Notes: generated by a model from the sequence alone, not told the origin. Shown: positions 37,716 to 52,240, counted from the first letter of the stretch. The stretch is 64,000 nucleotides of DNA from Callorhinchus milii (GCF_018977255.1 NW_024704742.1:68946001-69010000); one strand, 5' to 3'. A program made the numbers and translations.

Positions 37716-39754
37716 TCGTACATTTACTTACAAAATAGACAGTCCCTACACTTTACAGCAGTGGTGACCAGCCTATAGCCCACAGATCAGAATTGGCCCA
37801 TTGAGCTGCCAAGAAGTGGACCCCCTGAACATTTACACTAGTCTAGATGAGTCTAGGTGAGTACCATAGCGAAGGATTAGCTTGCTCATCTCATAAGCGA
37901 GAGAACCTTTATTCGATTCCTGTGCAAGAAAAATCTTAGGCAAGTTGCTTTACTCCACACGCCTCTATTTAGTAAGTAGGAACCCAGTTGTATAGTAGAT
38001 TGTCGGATCCGGGAGTAATAATTCCACAAAGGAAAATAATAATAATAATTTAGTCACTCAATCCATGACTGTATATGGGACACTGCTGTGCGCAATTGGC
38101 TTCTGCGTTTCACCCACAAAATGCACAGTCAATCCACTTTACAATATATTCTGCAAAGTGCTTTGAGACATCTCAACAATGTGACAAGGCCCTACATCAA
38201 ATGCAAGGAATATTATTATCATTGTATAATCTCTTCTTTTTCATTGAGACACACAGCAGCAAAGCACATAATAAATAAGGTTGTGATGGGGGCGAACTTG
38301 TTAGACATTGTGGGTGCTCAGCTGTCTAGACTCTTCTGTTTCATGGCTCATGACTGCACTGAGCAGCCAGAAGCAATTCTGTTACGTTCAGAGTTCAGTC
38401 AGCGGGAGGTTGGCTTGTCACCTATTGTGAGATAACACCTTGGCTGGTGTCTGGATGTCAGTTACAGCTGGCAAGGCTTCAAAGCTGGAAACTTCTTACT
38501 TGTTAATTTGATTTTAAGGGACATTGGAATCGTGACAGTACATAGCTCAGGGAACAACGAGACTAGCTCACATCTAGTTGCCGCTAACCCTGTAAGCCAA
38601 AGCCTCAATGGGTACGGTGGTCCAAGCTGAACAAGAAGCAGGAAAGCTTGCCAGACAGTGCTCTCAATAGGAAGCTACGCAGTTTTAGCTGGTTAGACTC
38701 CAGCAGTTCCTCAACACACATTCTGCAATACCCAAGCATTGTGTCTTGCCAACCTGTTTCTAATACTCTCCAGAATTAGGTAACCGAGTGCATCCTTTCA
38801 GGGACAAAGATTCCATTCCAGACCCAGGGAATTCCCATGTTCCTATTTACTGTTATGTAAACAGAGGAGTGTGGAGTAAGGAAACTTGCCTAAGCTTTTG
38901 CCCTGCTAGGGAATCAAGCCCAGGTCCTATCGCTTATGAGGCAAGCGCTCTAACCACTATAATACAGGACTGCACTAATTAAGCACAGCATCAAATGCAA
39001 GGATTATAATATTGAAAGCCAGGATGTATTTCCTGTATTTGAGGCATTGCTTGTCACATCAGCCTTAATGTATTCCCATTGAATCTGAAAATGAATTAGA
39101 CGAACAGACTACAAATGGGATCACAGTGCAGCGGGGATGCGGTTGTGAGCTGGCTCCATTTCAGAGCACAATATCAGAGCCCGGATTGTTTTCAGGAGGT
39201 TACAGCAGCCGTGACAAATAAATCACGCTTCACTCATTTCACCCAAACGCCAACTGTGCAGGCGACAGCAGAGGCTGCCTCTCGCTGCAAGACAAGATAC
39301 ACTGGGTGGGTTGTGCCACTGCTCACGTGAACCCTGAGCAGCTCAATAATAAATATAATAAAGATAAACTAAAATAAATATAATAAAGATAAATACTGAG
39401 GTGGATTGATTTCTGTTACGTAAGGGATCAAGGGATATGGAGCAAAGGCTGCTAAATGGAGTTGAGGTATAGATCAGGCATGATCTAATACGATAGTGGA
39501 ACAGGCTCGAGCGGATAAATGACTTCCTCCTGTTCCTATGTTCAATGCTATCCTCCCTGCCCTCCACCCCTCCCAATCCCAACCCTCAGCTTGGGTCCAA
39601 ATCTTTGCCTGTCTAGTGCTTTGGGATGTCCTCCCAACGTGAAATGTGCTATACACATAAATTGTTGTGACGTTGAGGCTGTGCCTCAGAACCAGCAGGT
39701 TGTGAGTTTGAATCGTGGGGGGTACACTTCGTCTTTTAATCACTCACTTGATTA

Positions 39755-40165
39755 GTACTCTGGCCTCAGGGCTCCAAAAGGTTGTGGGTGCAAACCCCAC
39801 TTCAGGACTTTGAGCTTCCAGTCTGGACTCACGTTCCAATGCAGTGCTGGGGGAAGTCTTGCATTGTTGAAAGTGCCGTCCTTTTGGATGTGACGTTAAA
39901 CTGAGGTCCCGTCTGCCTGTTTAGGTGGATGTTAAGCATCCCATGGCACTATTCAACAAGAGAAGGGAGTTTCTCACCCTGTGTCCTGACCAAGAATCCC
40001 CCAAATAAAATTGGTCATTCACGTCATGGCTGTTAGTGGGATTTTGCAGTGTGGACAATGACTGGTGTACTTGACGACAAAATATAGTCACTACATGTGA
40101 CAGCCATTCCCTGTCAAGCACTTTGAAACATTTTGGTGTTATAGACACTGCAATAATTATTATTA
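39755..40165 (+). mobile_element. DeuSINE family B
   Basis: Colinear with 588-1012. Confidence 0.78.
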
Positions 40166-42129
40166 TGATAAAAATCCAACCCTTTTATAACAAAACAGAT
40201 GGATTCGTAAAATGACACTCTTGTGTTATTTTATTTCTCTGACATATGGTCACCTTACTTAAGAGTATCCAAACCAGACTGAGAATTGTTATTCGATTGG
40301 CGGATCGCTTTTCGGAGGTAATAATCCCTCAAAAAAAAAATCGGGTCACCTAATCCACGACTGTTTATGGGACACTGCTGTACACAATGGGCTATTACCT
40401 TCCGCTCACAAAATACACAGTCAATTCGTTTTACAATATATTCTGTGAAGCACTTTGAGATGCCTCAACCATGCGATAAGGCACTTTATCAAATGCAAGG
40501 ATTATTATTATTATTATCACATTCAACTCAAAAAAAACTTTGCTCTTAAATTGTGTCTAACTCTGATTTGGATGCTATTTGTCCCTGCAGTTCCTCGGCT
40601 TCAAATTAAGACTGAAATTTCTCCTAAATTGTAACAAAAACAACTTGCATTTTCATATTTCCCTTGACATCAAATAAAGTCTTGGAGTGCTTCACGGTGG
40701 CAGGCTAATAATAACAACAATAATCCTTCTATTTTATCTAGGGGAGAAAAAGCCTCAAGTAATTTTACTGTAAAGCATATTTTACTGTGTATTTTGAGGG
40801 CAAATGCAGCAGCCAATTTGCACTCTGCAATGTCCCATAAAACAATATGAAGTGAAGATCAGTTTCAGCTGAAGAGATTGTTGACCAAGATACTGGGAGA
40901 AACTCCCTTTTCTTTTCAAGTAGTGCCACGGGATCTTTAACATCCACCTGAACAAGCAGATGGGACCTCGGTTTAATGTTCCATCCAAAGGACAGCACCT
41001 CCAAATCCCAACGTGAAGGCTTGAAGCCACAACCTTCTAACTCAGAGGTGGGAGTGCTACCACTGCACCAGGCTGATGCAGTGTAAGACCCACTGACTGA
41101 GGATCGGGAGTGGGGTGGGAGGGAAGGGAGCATTCACAGATTATCTCTAAGCACCTTAGAAGGACTGATTCTCACTGTTAGCCGCTTGGTGCCAGGCCTG
41201 TGCCACAAATTGAAGAAGACACCAAGGCATCGAGGTAAGAATGCGGCGTGTGATATCTGATCAGAAAAATAATACGTTTCTTTCCTAAGAGAATCCAATT
41301 TGGAATGTACACTTCCTGCCGGGGACATTTACCCCACCAGCTCCCCTCCTCCTCCCGCTCTCTGTGTCTCCCTCGGCCATGATCTCAGCTGTGTGAGATG
41401 GGGGCTCTCATTGCTTGTGAAGGACTCAGGCCTTGTTTGACAAGGCTGAGTGGAGCGAGCCCAGGAGATGTGAAATCTCATCAATCACCGGCCATGTTGT
41501 TAGACCCGAGCGACAGTTAAAAAAAAACACAAATTGATTTCGGAGAAGGTGAAAGATTGCTCTTATGAAAAAAAATTGCGATAAGATAGTAGCTGTTGGA
41601 ATTGCCTTGGAAGTAAAGGTAGTAATGGAAAGAATTATGCTGATTCGAATGCGCAGAATACATTCAGAATGCAATGCTGAAGTGCCACCATTTTCATATA
41701 ACAAATAGATAAAAGCTAGGTGCTCTTCCTGTTTAATGTGTTTGCAGAGGAATTGGCTGCCACGTTTCAGCACAAAAATACAATCATTCCACTTGACTGT
41801 TTACTCTGTGAAGCGTTTTGAGACGTCTCGAAGATGCGATAACAACAACAACAACAAATTACACTTGTATAGCGCCCTTCATTTCAAAAAGACAATTCCC
41901 AGGCAGCACGAAACCTTAGCACGTTTCGTTAATCCGCACGCCTCTGTTTACCTAGCAGTAAGCAGGAACCCGGTAAGCCGCTATACCTAATGCAAGGATT
42001 ATTATTATTATTATTAGTGGAGTCCTCTATCCAGGTCTTTTACTTTCCCACTCACTCCCTCTCACTCCTTTTACATTGTCGGTGACAAAGTGGTTATAAT
42101 AATAATAAAAATGTAAAAATATTCCTTGC

Positions 42130-42478
42130 ATATTGATTAAATCACTTGCCTTGCAAGGGAGAGGATCTCAGTTCGATTCCCGGACGGGGTGAAACCTTAG
42201 GCAAGTTTCCTGAGTCCACACGCCTCTGTTTACCTAAGAGTAAGTAGGAACCCAGTTGTTAGTCGATTGGCGAATTGCTTTCCAGGAGTAATAATCCCTC
42301 GAGAAAAAAATTTAACTTAATTCACGACTGTTTGTGGGACACTGCTGTGTGCATTGGCTGCCATGTTTCGCCCACAAAATACAGTCAATTCACTTTACAA
42401 TATATTCTGTGAAGCACATTGAGGCATCTCGAAGACGTGATAAGGCCTATATCAAATGCAAGGATTATTATTATTATT
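42130..42478 (+). mobile_element. SINE family A
   Basis: GTTCGATTCCC B box, full body, (ATT)n tail. Confidence 0.85.
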
Positions 42479-42789
42479 GAGACAGCAAACTGAGAAGCAC
42501 TTTATATTCCAGTTTCATCCATTGCTCTGCCGCAGAAGGAGCTTTCAGCTATTTGAGTAGTCAGGAAATACAGGACTAATAAATAACCACCTCAAGACCT
42601 CAAGGGGAAACTGCTTTGCATTACATGGACATTCCTATACAATTACTTTCTGCTTCTAAATGGCAAGTTCTTTTGATGTAACAGCTTTTAATCTTCACGA
42701 CACGCAGCCCTGCTTCACCTCACTCTTAACAGGGTCAAAATTTCAATACACAATTTACAAACATGTTCATTAAAGTGAAGACAGAAAAT

Positions 42790-43115
42790 CTGTCTCTCTC
42801 TCTGTTTCTCTCATTCTCTAAATCTATGTTTCTGTCTCTCACTCTCTCTCTCTAGATATATATATATATGTTTCTCTCTATCTCTGTGTTTCTGTCTCTC
42901 ACTGTCTCTCTCTCCATATGTTTCTCTCTGTTTCTGTCTCTGTGTTTCTGTCTTTCACTGTCTCTCTCTGTCTCTCTCTCTCTCTCTCTCCCTATCTCTT
43001 TTTTTTGTTTTCTTTCTCTGTTTCTCCATGTCTCTATCTCTGTGTTTCTTTTTCTCACTGACCCTCTCTCTCTTCCGGTCACTCTCTCCTCTTTCTCTCA
43101 ATTCCTCCCTGTCTC
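42790..43115. repeat. (CT)n/(TCTG)-rich low-complexity tract
   Basis: Direct reading. Confidence 0.9.
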
Positions 43116-43484
43116 TTAAGCACTCCAAGACACTGCCCCGTGTGAAGGGGGCTATATAAATGCACGTTATTGTTGTCTCTCACTCGCTCTGTCTCTGTCC
43201 CTAGTGCAGCCTCTTTGAGAGATTTATGTTACAGGTCAAACTAACCAGTATTCACTGTGTGACACTATTCGAAAGAGAAGGGAATTTCTTCCAGTGTCTT
43301 TGCCAACAATTTCCCAGATAAGACTAGTCATTCACTTCATTTAGTAACTGTATATTTTGCCTAAACAATTCACAAGTCACCACGGTTGTCTTTGCAAAAT
43401 ATCCAGGCTCACAGTAAGTCCTGTGTAGCGCTTTGAGATGTAAAAGGGGCTGTGTCAAAAGCAATGATTATTATTATTATTAAA

Positions 43485-43848
43485 TGTGGAGGCTGTAACA
43501 TAATGGATAGTGTGCTCACCTCACAAGCAAGAGGACCTCGGTTCGATTCTTGGGTAGGGTGAAACATTAGGCAAATTTCCTTATTCCACACACCTCTGTT
43601 TACCTGGTAGTAAGTAGAAATCTAGTTGGTAGTGGATTGGTGAATCGCATTCTGGAAGTACTAATCCCTCAAAAAAAAATTTGGTCAGTCAGTCAATTAA
43701 TGTTTGTGGGACATTGCTGTGCGCAATTAGCTGTCGTGTTTCACCCACAAAATATACAATCTATTCACTTTACGGGATATCCTGTGAAGTGCTTCGAGAC
43801 GTCTCAGAGACATGATAATGCGCTATATCAAAAGGATTGGTATTATTA
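43485..43848 (+). mobile_element. SINE family A
   Basis: Head, body and tail. Confidence 0.82.
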
Positions 43849-46019
43849 AATATAAGTTACATGGAAGGAAGTTGCAATGTAGAATTCAGTGATCTGGAGT
43901 TGAAATGAGACTAATAGACCCGGGGTCGGGTGTAACGAGGAGTGTGTTTGTGATGGAAGTCACTGTGGAGGGCATCATCCCTGTTGATTGAAGAAACCGA
44001 GGGATGTTGAGATCTCACAGCCAGAGCTAATGAGAGCATTGACACCAGCAATGCCCTGCGATTATTCTTTGTTAAATAAAATATAAGTGTGTCAAATTCA
44101 TTTTTTTCTCCACACTGCCTCTCCGGTAATGGTAACCCCCTTACCCCACTTTCCTGCACTTTCTCCCCAGAGTGATGGATCCTGCTTACCTGATTCCGGA
44201 GAGCATTACATGCAGGGTGGCGAGAGACAAGGCTTGGGGGAGCTCAGAGTCTGCCTCGGGGAGGGGGTAACTGCTGGAGTCCATCCAGCTAAAACCATAT
44301 AGTTTGCCATTGCAAACACTGTTTATCCAGCGAGGACCACTCTAGCTATTAGGGCTTTGGCTTGAAGGACTAACAGGACCTGAGTGGGAAGAATCCCTAC
44401 TCACAGTCACTGCTTATCCTTGTAAGTATCCTGGCTGCTGACTAGCTGGTTAGACTCTAGCAGTTACCCCAATGCCCACATTAGGGTCCCTAAGCCTTGA
44501 CCTTTGCCAACCTGCGCCTAATACTTTCCGGAATTAGGTAATCAGGATGCGTCCCTCCAGGGAGAAAGTGCTGATTCCATTCCAACAATCTATCTCTGGA
44601 ATTCCCACGTGTAGTTGGGATACATGGAATTCTCAGTTTGGTTTGGATTCTCTGAAGTATAGTGATGGGTTTCCACATGTGTCAGACACCCGGCTGACCC
44701 CCCCAAAAAACCAGCCACCTTCCCGGCAGGGTAGCAGTGGAATTAGTGCACTGAATAAGTGGAGATTTGGAGAGAATATGAGAGGCTCAAACTTCCATCT
44801 AGTCTTCATATTTTGTCTTAAATCACAAAAAATTCTAAAATTCAGCCGACCCCGTTTTATGCAGTTCACCTACAAACTGAACAGGCACTACACTTTTCAG
44901 TATATCATATGAAGTACTTTGCGATGCCCTGCTGATGTGAAAGCGCTGTATAAACGTAAATTGATTTTTTTTATTGAAGCTGTATAGTTCATTGGTTAGA
45001 GTACTAGCCTTGCAAGCAAGAGGACCTAGGCTCGATTCCCGGGTCTGTCATCAACAATGCCTTGTATTATGAACCCCTCTGGTTCAGGAAGCAGACTACA
45101 GAGGGTGGGTTTAATTCAGTCTTTGTCCTCAAACTGAATCATACACTGAGTCCGTAGCAGATGCACTGCACAGCCTACACAGACTGAGGACATGTCTTTT
45201 ACACGCAATTAAACAAATATTGTCAGCCCGCCCCCGAAGATCAGTTAGCAAATGTTCAGTCCTGTGTAAGTCAAACATGAAGCTTTAACCTGACTTTAAT
45301 CGAAATACCCGGGTGAGGCAAAACTTTAGGCAGATTTCCTTACTCCACATGACTCTATTTATCTAGCAGTAAGTTGCATGATCCATATTATATTGCTAGG
45401 TTAACAGAGGCATGTGGAGTAAGAAAACTTTCCCCCACCTCTCGTTCGAAGGTGAGTGCTATAACCACTACGCTACGGGACTCCATGTTTCAAGGTCCTC
45501 ACTCTCACTTAGTAACCCTGATCCCCAAAAATGTTCCAAGCTGCTTCTGTCCAAATCTCCGCTTTCCAATCCTGTTTACCTAATTCCAGAAACTAATAAG
45601 TGCAGGCTGGCAAGAGCCAAGGCTTGGGACCCCCAGAGTGTTCGTTGGGGAACTGCTGGAGTCTAACCAGCTAAGACCGCATAGCTTGCCATTGAGAGCA
45701 CTGTCTGGCAAGTTTTCCTGCTGCTTGTCCAGCTAGGACCACCCTACCCATTAGGGCTTTGGCTTGCAGGGTTAACAGGAGCTGAGTGGGCTGACTCCCT
45801 GCCCCCAGTACCATGTTGTACAGAGCAATTTCAGGACAGATACCAGGAAGGTTTTTGTGGAAAATCCAATGCCTGGAATAGATTGAGAGATGAGTTTAAA
45901 TGGGCCAAAGTGCCTTCTTCATTCAGATCAGTCTTGTCATCTTATGATCTTGGGAACTTGTGTCTATAATATTAAATCATCACAAAGTGCTTCACAGGCA
46001 TTTACTGTCAATAAAATAC

Positions 46020-46440
46020 GATTTACATTTATACAGAGCCTTTCACATCAGGAGGACATTTCAAAGCTCTTTACATAGCTGACTGGGAGCCCAAACTGGG
46101 TGGGAGGGGTTGGGGAGAAAAATATGAAAACACTACATACAATGTCCCACAAACAACCGTGAAGTGAATGACCAACACTATCTGGGGGATTGTCAGCCAG
46201 GACACCGGGAGAAACTCTCTTCCTTCTGTAGTGCCATGAGATCTTGAACGTCCATCTGAACAAGCACAGATGGGACTTTGGTTTAACATCTCATCCGAAG
46301 GACGACAATGTAATGCCCCTCCCTCCACCCCAGTGGAGTACTCAACACAGACTGTGAGCTCAAAGATCCGACATGAGATTTGAACCCACAACCTTCTGAC
46401 TCAGAGGCGAGAGTGCTACCAACTGAGCCAGGCTGACACC
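46020..46440 (-). mobile_element. DeuSINE family B
   Basis: Well-preserved head (CAACTGAGCCAGGCTGACAC) and Deu core. Confidence 0.82.
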
Positions 46441-47713
46441 ATGCTGACACCTGACAGCTTTCACCTTGTGGCACAGCATGTGAGCACTTAACATCCCTGT
46501 GGAGCCTGAATGTCAAGAAACTCCATGTGATACTCTGTTTCACTTCGCCCTCTGCCCCCACCTCATTACACCTGGGGGAAGGGGGAAACTGGAGCCAGCT
46601 CAGAGGGCGAGATCCACTATCCATCATGAGAATGCCGTCCGCTGGTGTTTTCTCGCTTCACAGAAAAGATATACGATACACTCGGTTCTGGGATTTGGGT
46701 AGGGTGGTCCTAGCTGGTTAAGCAATTGTAAAAGCTATGAGGTTTTAGCTGGTTAGACTCCAAGTGTACCCAAATGCACACTGTGGGGTCCCCAAGCCTT
46801 GTCTCTCGCCAACCTGCACCTAATACTCTCCAAAATTAAGGCGCCAACCTGCACTTAACACTCTCCTTATCACATGCTTACCAGCGCACTAACCACTACG
46901 CTATGGGACGCCACATGGAGGGTGGGGGATGGTGGAGGAGAGGGCAGGGAAGGGGACGGGGGGAGATATAACTTCTTCTCACGTCGTTGAGACGTATCAA
47001 AGTGTTTCACAGAATAAATTGTAAAGTGACTGTATTTGTGGGTAAACGTGGCAGCTATTTTTTTTGAGGAATTATTATTCCGGAAAGCAATCCACCAATC
47101 AACTAACAACCAGGGTAGTAGTTACTGTTAGATAAACAGAGGTATGTGGAGTAAGAAACTTGCCTAGGGTTTCACCCCACCTGGGAATCAAGCATGGGTC
47201 CGCTGGGCGAGTGCGCTAACCACTATGTTATGGGACTCCACCAAAAAATTGAAAGGGGAGAAGAAAAAATATACATCAAGTCTGGATTGAAGCTAACAAT
47301 GTCTGCATAAAATAAATCCTGTTAGATTTGAGTTTCCAGAGAGAATCAAATAGAAGCTTCTGATGTGAAGTCTTGGAAGCTTAGGAGCTGAGTTGGGTAT
47401 TGACTGCTCAACAAACCGAGAGCTTGTCGAGACGGATCAAAGTCACACACTCAAGGGTTTAGCATTCTTGACGCAGCTTACAACATGCAGCATAAAGAAG
47501 TAAGGAGAAAGTAACAATTCAAATTTGTTTTCCAGATCACAGGATTGGAATTCCGATTAGCAGAATACCATCTTAAATGCACAGAAAGATCAGAAGAAAC
47601 CTGACCCAGAATCCCTCAAAACAACCCTTGATAATAATAATAACCCTCACATTTGATATAAACCTAGGTCCTGGTCAGATAAAATTGTTCATTCACTTCA
47701 CATTCACAAGTTT

Positions 47714-48095
47714 TGTGGATTCCTGTAGCATATTGGTTAGAGCACTCACCTCGCAAGCGAGAGGACCCAGGTTTGATTCCCGGGCAGGGCGAAACTTTAG
47801 GTAAGTTTCTTTACTCCAAACTCCTGTGTTTACCTAGCAGTAAGTAGGAATCCAGTTGTTAGTCGATTGGTAGATCGCTTTCTGGGGGTAATAATCTCTC
47901 CCCCCAAATTAATAAAAATAATAATTTGGTCACTCAATCCGCGACTGTTTGTGGGACATTGCTGTGTGCAATTGCTCCGCCCACTAAATATACAGTCAAT
48001 CCACTTTACAGTATATTCTGTGAAGCGCTTTGAGGTGTCTCAATGACATGGGATAAAGCGCCATACAAAATGCAAGAATTATTATTTATTATTAT
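47714..48095 (+). mobile_element. SINE family A
   Basis: Head, body and tail. Confidence 0.85.
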
Positions 48096-48424
48096 ATGGG
48101 TGTTTGTGGGGCATTGCTGTGTACAAATTGGCTGCTGTGTTTGCCTATTAATACAGTCACTGTGCTTTACAGTAAATTCTATGAAGTGCTTTGGGACAAC
48201 CTCCTGATGTGAAAGGCGCTGTATCAAATGGAAGTTTTTTTAATTTTGTCATTGCTGTGAAATTCTCTTAGACAAATGAGTGTTAACAATTGCATTGTCA
48301 AATTACGCAAGAATTATAATGGGCATCACTATCAATTATTATTGTCGGAATTAACTATAATAATTACAGCTGTTGTAATGATTAATGGTTATTATTTATT
48401 ATTTGGCCGATTTATTTCAGATGT

Positions 48425-48785
48425 ACATAGCGTATTGGTTGGAGCACTCGCCTCGCAAGTGAGAGAACCCGGATTCGATTTCAGGCAGAGCGAAACCTTG
48501 GGCAAGTTTCCTTCCTCCCACGCCTCTGTTTACCTAACAGTAAGTAGGAACCCGATTGTAGTTGAAAGGCGGATCACTGTCTGGGGGTAATGATCTGTCA
48601 AAAAAATAATAATTTGGTCACTCAATCCACGACTGTTTGTGGGACACTGCTGTGCGCAATTGGCTGCCGTGTTTCACCCACAAAATAGGCACTCAATTCA
48701 CTTTACAGTATATTCTGTTAAGCGCTTTGAGATGTCGCAATGGCATGATAAGGCGCTATTTCAAATGCAAGGATTATTATTATTA
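48425..48785 (+). mobile_element. SINE family A
   Basis: Head, body and tail. Confidence 0.85.
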
Positions 48786-48991
48786 AAGTCATGGAATGCT
48801 TCAAATGCTATACTAGATTTACTGTAAAAGTCTGGTGACTGTGTATTTTGTGGGTGGATGCAGCAGCCAATTTGCACACAGCAACGTCCCACAAACAGCC
48901 CCGAGGGGAGTGATAAATCCGGGGGATTGTTGGTGCAGGTCACCAGGAGAAATTTTGCTTCTCCTTTCAAATTGTTCCAGGGGATCTTTAA

Positions 48992-49649
48992 CGTACATTC
49001 GAACAGGCAACCCACAATCACTGCACTGGTGTCAGCCTAGACCAGGATGGTCCAACTTTTTGGCTACTGAAAGCTGGATACCAGATTTGAGAATGTCCCC
49101 GGGCCGCATTAGCAATATTTTTATCCTGATTGCCCAGACCCGTGGCCAGGCAGGGCCTGGGCTCCTGGTGACCGTCTCCTGATTGGTTCCAGCCCTGTGC
49201 ATCTTTGTGTATTTGTTCGTCAGACAGTGAAGTTGGAAATGGGCCAGATTAAATGATCCCCTGGGCCAGACGTGGCCCGCGGGCCGCCAGTTGGACCTCC
49301 CTGGCTTGGACTGCCAGCTCAAAGTCTCGACCTGGGGATTGAATCAACAAAATTCAGAGGCGAGACTTCTGCCAACTGAGCCAGGCTGACAAGCCTGACA
49401 TGGTGAGTTACCTTTCGCTGTGCCGCACTGTGGAAACCCTGTTCAGCCCTGTCCATTTCTCAGTTAAAAACATGAGCTTCCTATGAAACAGCACAGGATT
49501 AGCACCAATAATAATAATAATCCTTGTATTTGATATAGCGCCTTATCACGTTGTTGAGACGCCTCAAAATGCTTCACAGAATATACTGTAAAGTGGAGTG
49601 ACTGTACATTTTATAGGCGAAATACGGTAGCCAAATATAGCAAAGAATG
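48992..49649 (+). repeat. Direct duplication copy 1 (partner 63342-64000, runs off the window)
   Basis: About 11 differences counted by eye over ~660 bp. Confidence 0.95.
49043..49303. mobile_element. Non-autonomous hAT (Charlie-like) MITE; second copy about 63394-63654
   Basis: TIRs CAGGATGGTCCAACT / AGTTGGACCTCCCTG; 8-bp TSD GCCTAGAC / GCTTGGAC; subterminal TGGCCCGCGGGCCG motif; inside a family-B SINE. Confidence 0.82.
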
Positions 49650-50119
49650 CTGAAACAAAGCCACACTGAATGTTTTCACCGCGTTCTCCTTATAGAGCTG
49701 CCTCAACGCATATTATTTTTAAATAAAAATTTAATAGAAACGTGATTCATGTTACCAGTCCAAAGAAGAAAAAAATCACTTTGCTAATGAAGCAGGCAGA
49801 TGGAATTGGCGTAAGACTGTACCAGAGCCTGAGTCTTCTGAATTGAAGTAAGGCTTGGCAAATGCCGAGTTTTAATCACACTTTGGGAAAGGAATTGAAT
49901 CTCTGGTTTGCTGAGTCTCTCTGCTTGAGCTGTATCAATGAATTGCCAGCGGAGATGCTGGCTGCAGCCATCTGCTTAACTCAGTAAATTCCTGTGGGGG
50001 AGAAAAAGTGACGATAAATGTCAGGGCAATCCATTAACCCCGTGAAGTCTGGAGTGCTCAACAATGCTAAAACCCAGATTTAAAACCACTTACCTCATCC
50101 CTTCTCCTCCACCCTCCTC

Positions 50120-50308
50120 CACACACACACAGCCATTCACACACACTCACACACATTACACAGACAGACACACAGACACTCACACACATAGAGACACAGA
50201 CACACACACTCAGACACACACAGTCACACAGACACACACACGGTCACACAGACACACAGACACTCACACACACACATACTCTCACACACTCAGACACACA
50301 CACACACA
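50120..50308. repeat. Imperfect (CA)n microsatellite
   Basis: Direct reading. Confidence 0.95.
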
Positions 50309-51555
50309 AAACAATCTGAACTTTCACCTCCTAATTTCAATTGTCCGTTATGGTGGGAGCGGGAACTGAGGGGCATTTGATGTGATAATTATCACCGACT
50401 CACTTGCACGATTGTACCTATTTGCTTGTTAATTTCCTATGATAAACGATAGTAGACAAAATGGAGGCCATTTGACCCAACAAGCTGTTGCCGGTGCTAA
50501 CACGACCACTGGGGCTCTCCACTCTAATTCTCCTGCTCTTCCCCTCATTATATCTGTGGTGGTGCTCGCTTGCCCACAGGAGTTCTCTACTCTATGCCCA
50601 TTCCCTTGCTTTTTCCCCCATCATGTAAGTGCTGGAGCTCATTCCCCCATTGGAGCTTTCTAATCCCATTCCCTTGCTCTTTCCCAATATTCTTTTATAT
50701 TGTTCCTGTATCAAATTCCTTTTTCTACCACACGCCTCAACCTCTGGACATCCATTTCTCTACCCCTCTACCTTAGTCCCCACTCTACCTGTCCCTAAAT
50801 CCCACATTAAAACCTGTTTGACTACACCTACAGTGAAATGCGCATTCTGAAATGCTCTGTAATGTTATCCTACATGAACAACGCTATATAAAAGGCAAGT
50901 TATTGTTGATTATGATCATGATTACATTTGATTTAGCGTCTTTCATGTCAAGATGATGCCTCAAAGCGTTTCATAGGATTTACCGTAAAGTGACTGTATG
51001 TTTCGTGTGCAAATGCGGCAGTCAATTTGTGCACAGCAGTGTCCTACAAACAGCTATGAAGTGAAAGATTGATTTTATTTGGGAGATTGTTAGCCAGGAC
51101 ACTGGGAAAAATCCTCTTCTCTTTTCAAACAGTGCCACAGGCAGACAGGGCATTGGTTTAACATCTCATTAGAAGGACGACACCTCTAACAATGAAACAC
51201 ACCACCTGCGCTGGAGTGTCAGCCTAGATTTCAACCAACAAGCTTTCAACTCAGAGGCGAGAATGCCAGACTGATACTTAATTCTGATGACCACATGATA
51301 CTTTCTCACGCCAGCAACTCCTCAGGGAAAGATTGTCTGTTTCAGTCTTTTGCAGATTCAATAATTACACAGTCCAGCAACGAAGCTGCTGAGTGCATCC
51401 ATTAAACCTGTTAAAGCCCCAGCTGAGGTAAACACAGATGATGTGTCCTCTTTCAAAAGACCCTTAACTATCCAGCATGTATTTTTCAAGCTGTATACTT
51501 TCCAAAGCCAGTATGAAATCTCGGCTCCAACTCACTCATGCACAGGCTAAGTTAC

Positions 51556-51916
51556 AATAATAATCCTTGCATTTGATATAGCGCCTTATCACATTGTTGA
51601 GACGTCTCAATGGGTTTCACAGAACATATTGTAAAGCGCATGATTATGTATTTTGTGGACGAAACGTGGCAGCCAATTGCACACAGCAGTGTCCCACAAA
51701 CAATAGTAGCTTGAGTGACCAATTTTTTTTTCTTTTGAAAGGACTATTACCCCCTGGAAAAGCGATCCGCCAATTGACTATCATCCGGGTTCCTACTTAC
51801 TGCTAGGTAAACAAAGGCGTGTGGAGAAAGGAAACTTGCCCAACTTTTTACCCTGCCTGGGATCAAACCCTCTCGCTTGTGAAGCGAGTGCTCTAACCAC
51901 TGAGCTACAGGATTCC
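51556..51916 (-). mobile_element. SINE family A
   Basis: Full reverse-complement match. Confidence 0.85.
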
Positions 51917-51964
51917 GTTATATCTGTAAACCAAGCTGGCTGATGTAATTTGGGAAGTTCGTAG

Positions 51965-52240
51965 GTGTTACCCTGGCTCAGTTAGCAGCAACTTTCGCCT
52001 CTGAGTCAGAAGACTGTGAGTTCAAGCCCCAATGTCAGGAGTTTGAACTTACACAGTTTAGGCTGACATTCCAATGCAGAGTTGGGGGGAAAGCGTTGCA
52101 TTGTGGAGGTGCCGTCCTTTGGATGAAATGTAAAACCAAGGTCCCATCTTGCCTGGTCAGGTGGATGGTACTATTCGAAAAGAGAATGCAGTTTCTCCCG
52201 TGTCGTGGTCAACAATACCCCAGATAAAAATCCATCATTC
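51965..52240 (+). mobile_element. DeuSINE family B
   Basis: CCTGGCTCAGTTAGCAGC head, Deu core. Confidence 0.78.

Noticed and set aside
47320..47610. + strand acceptors followed by short open frames
   Set aside because: Frames close quickly and no consistent exon chain was found.
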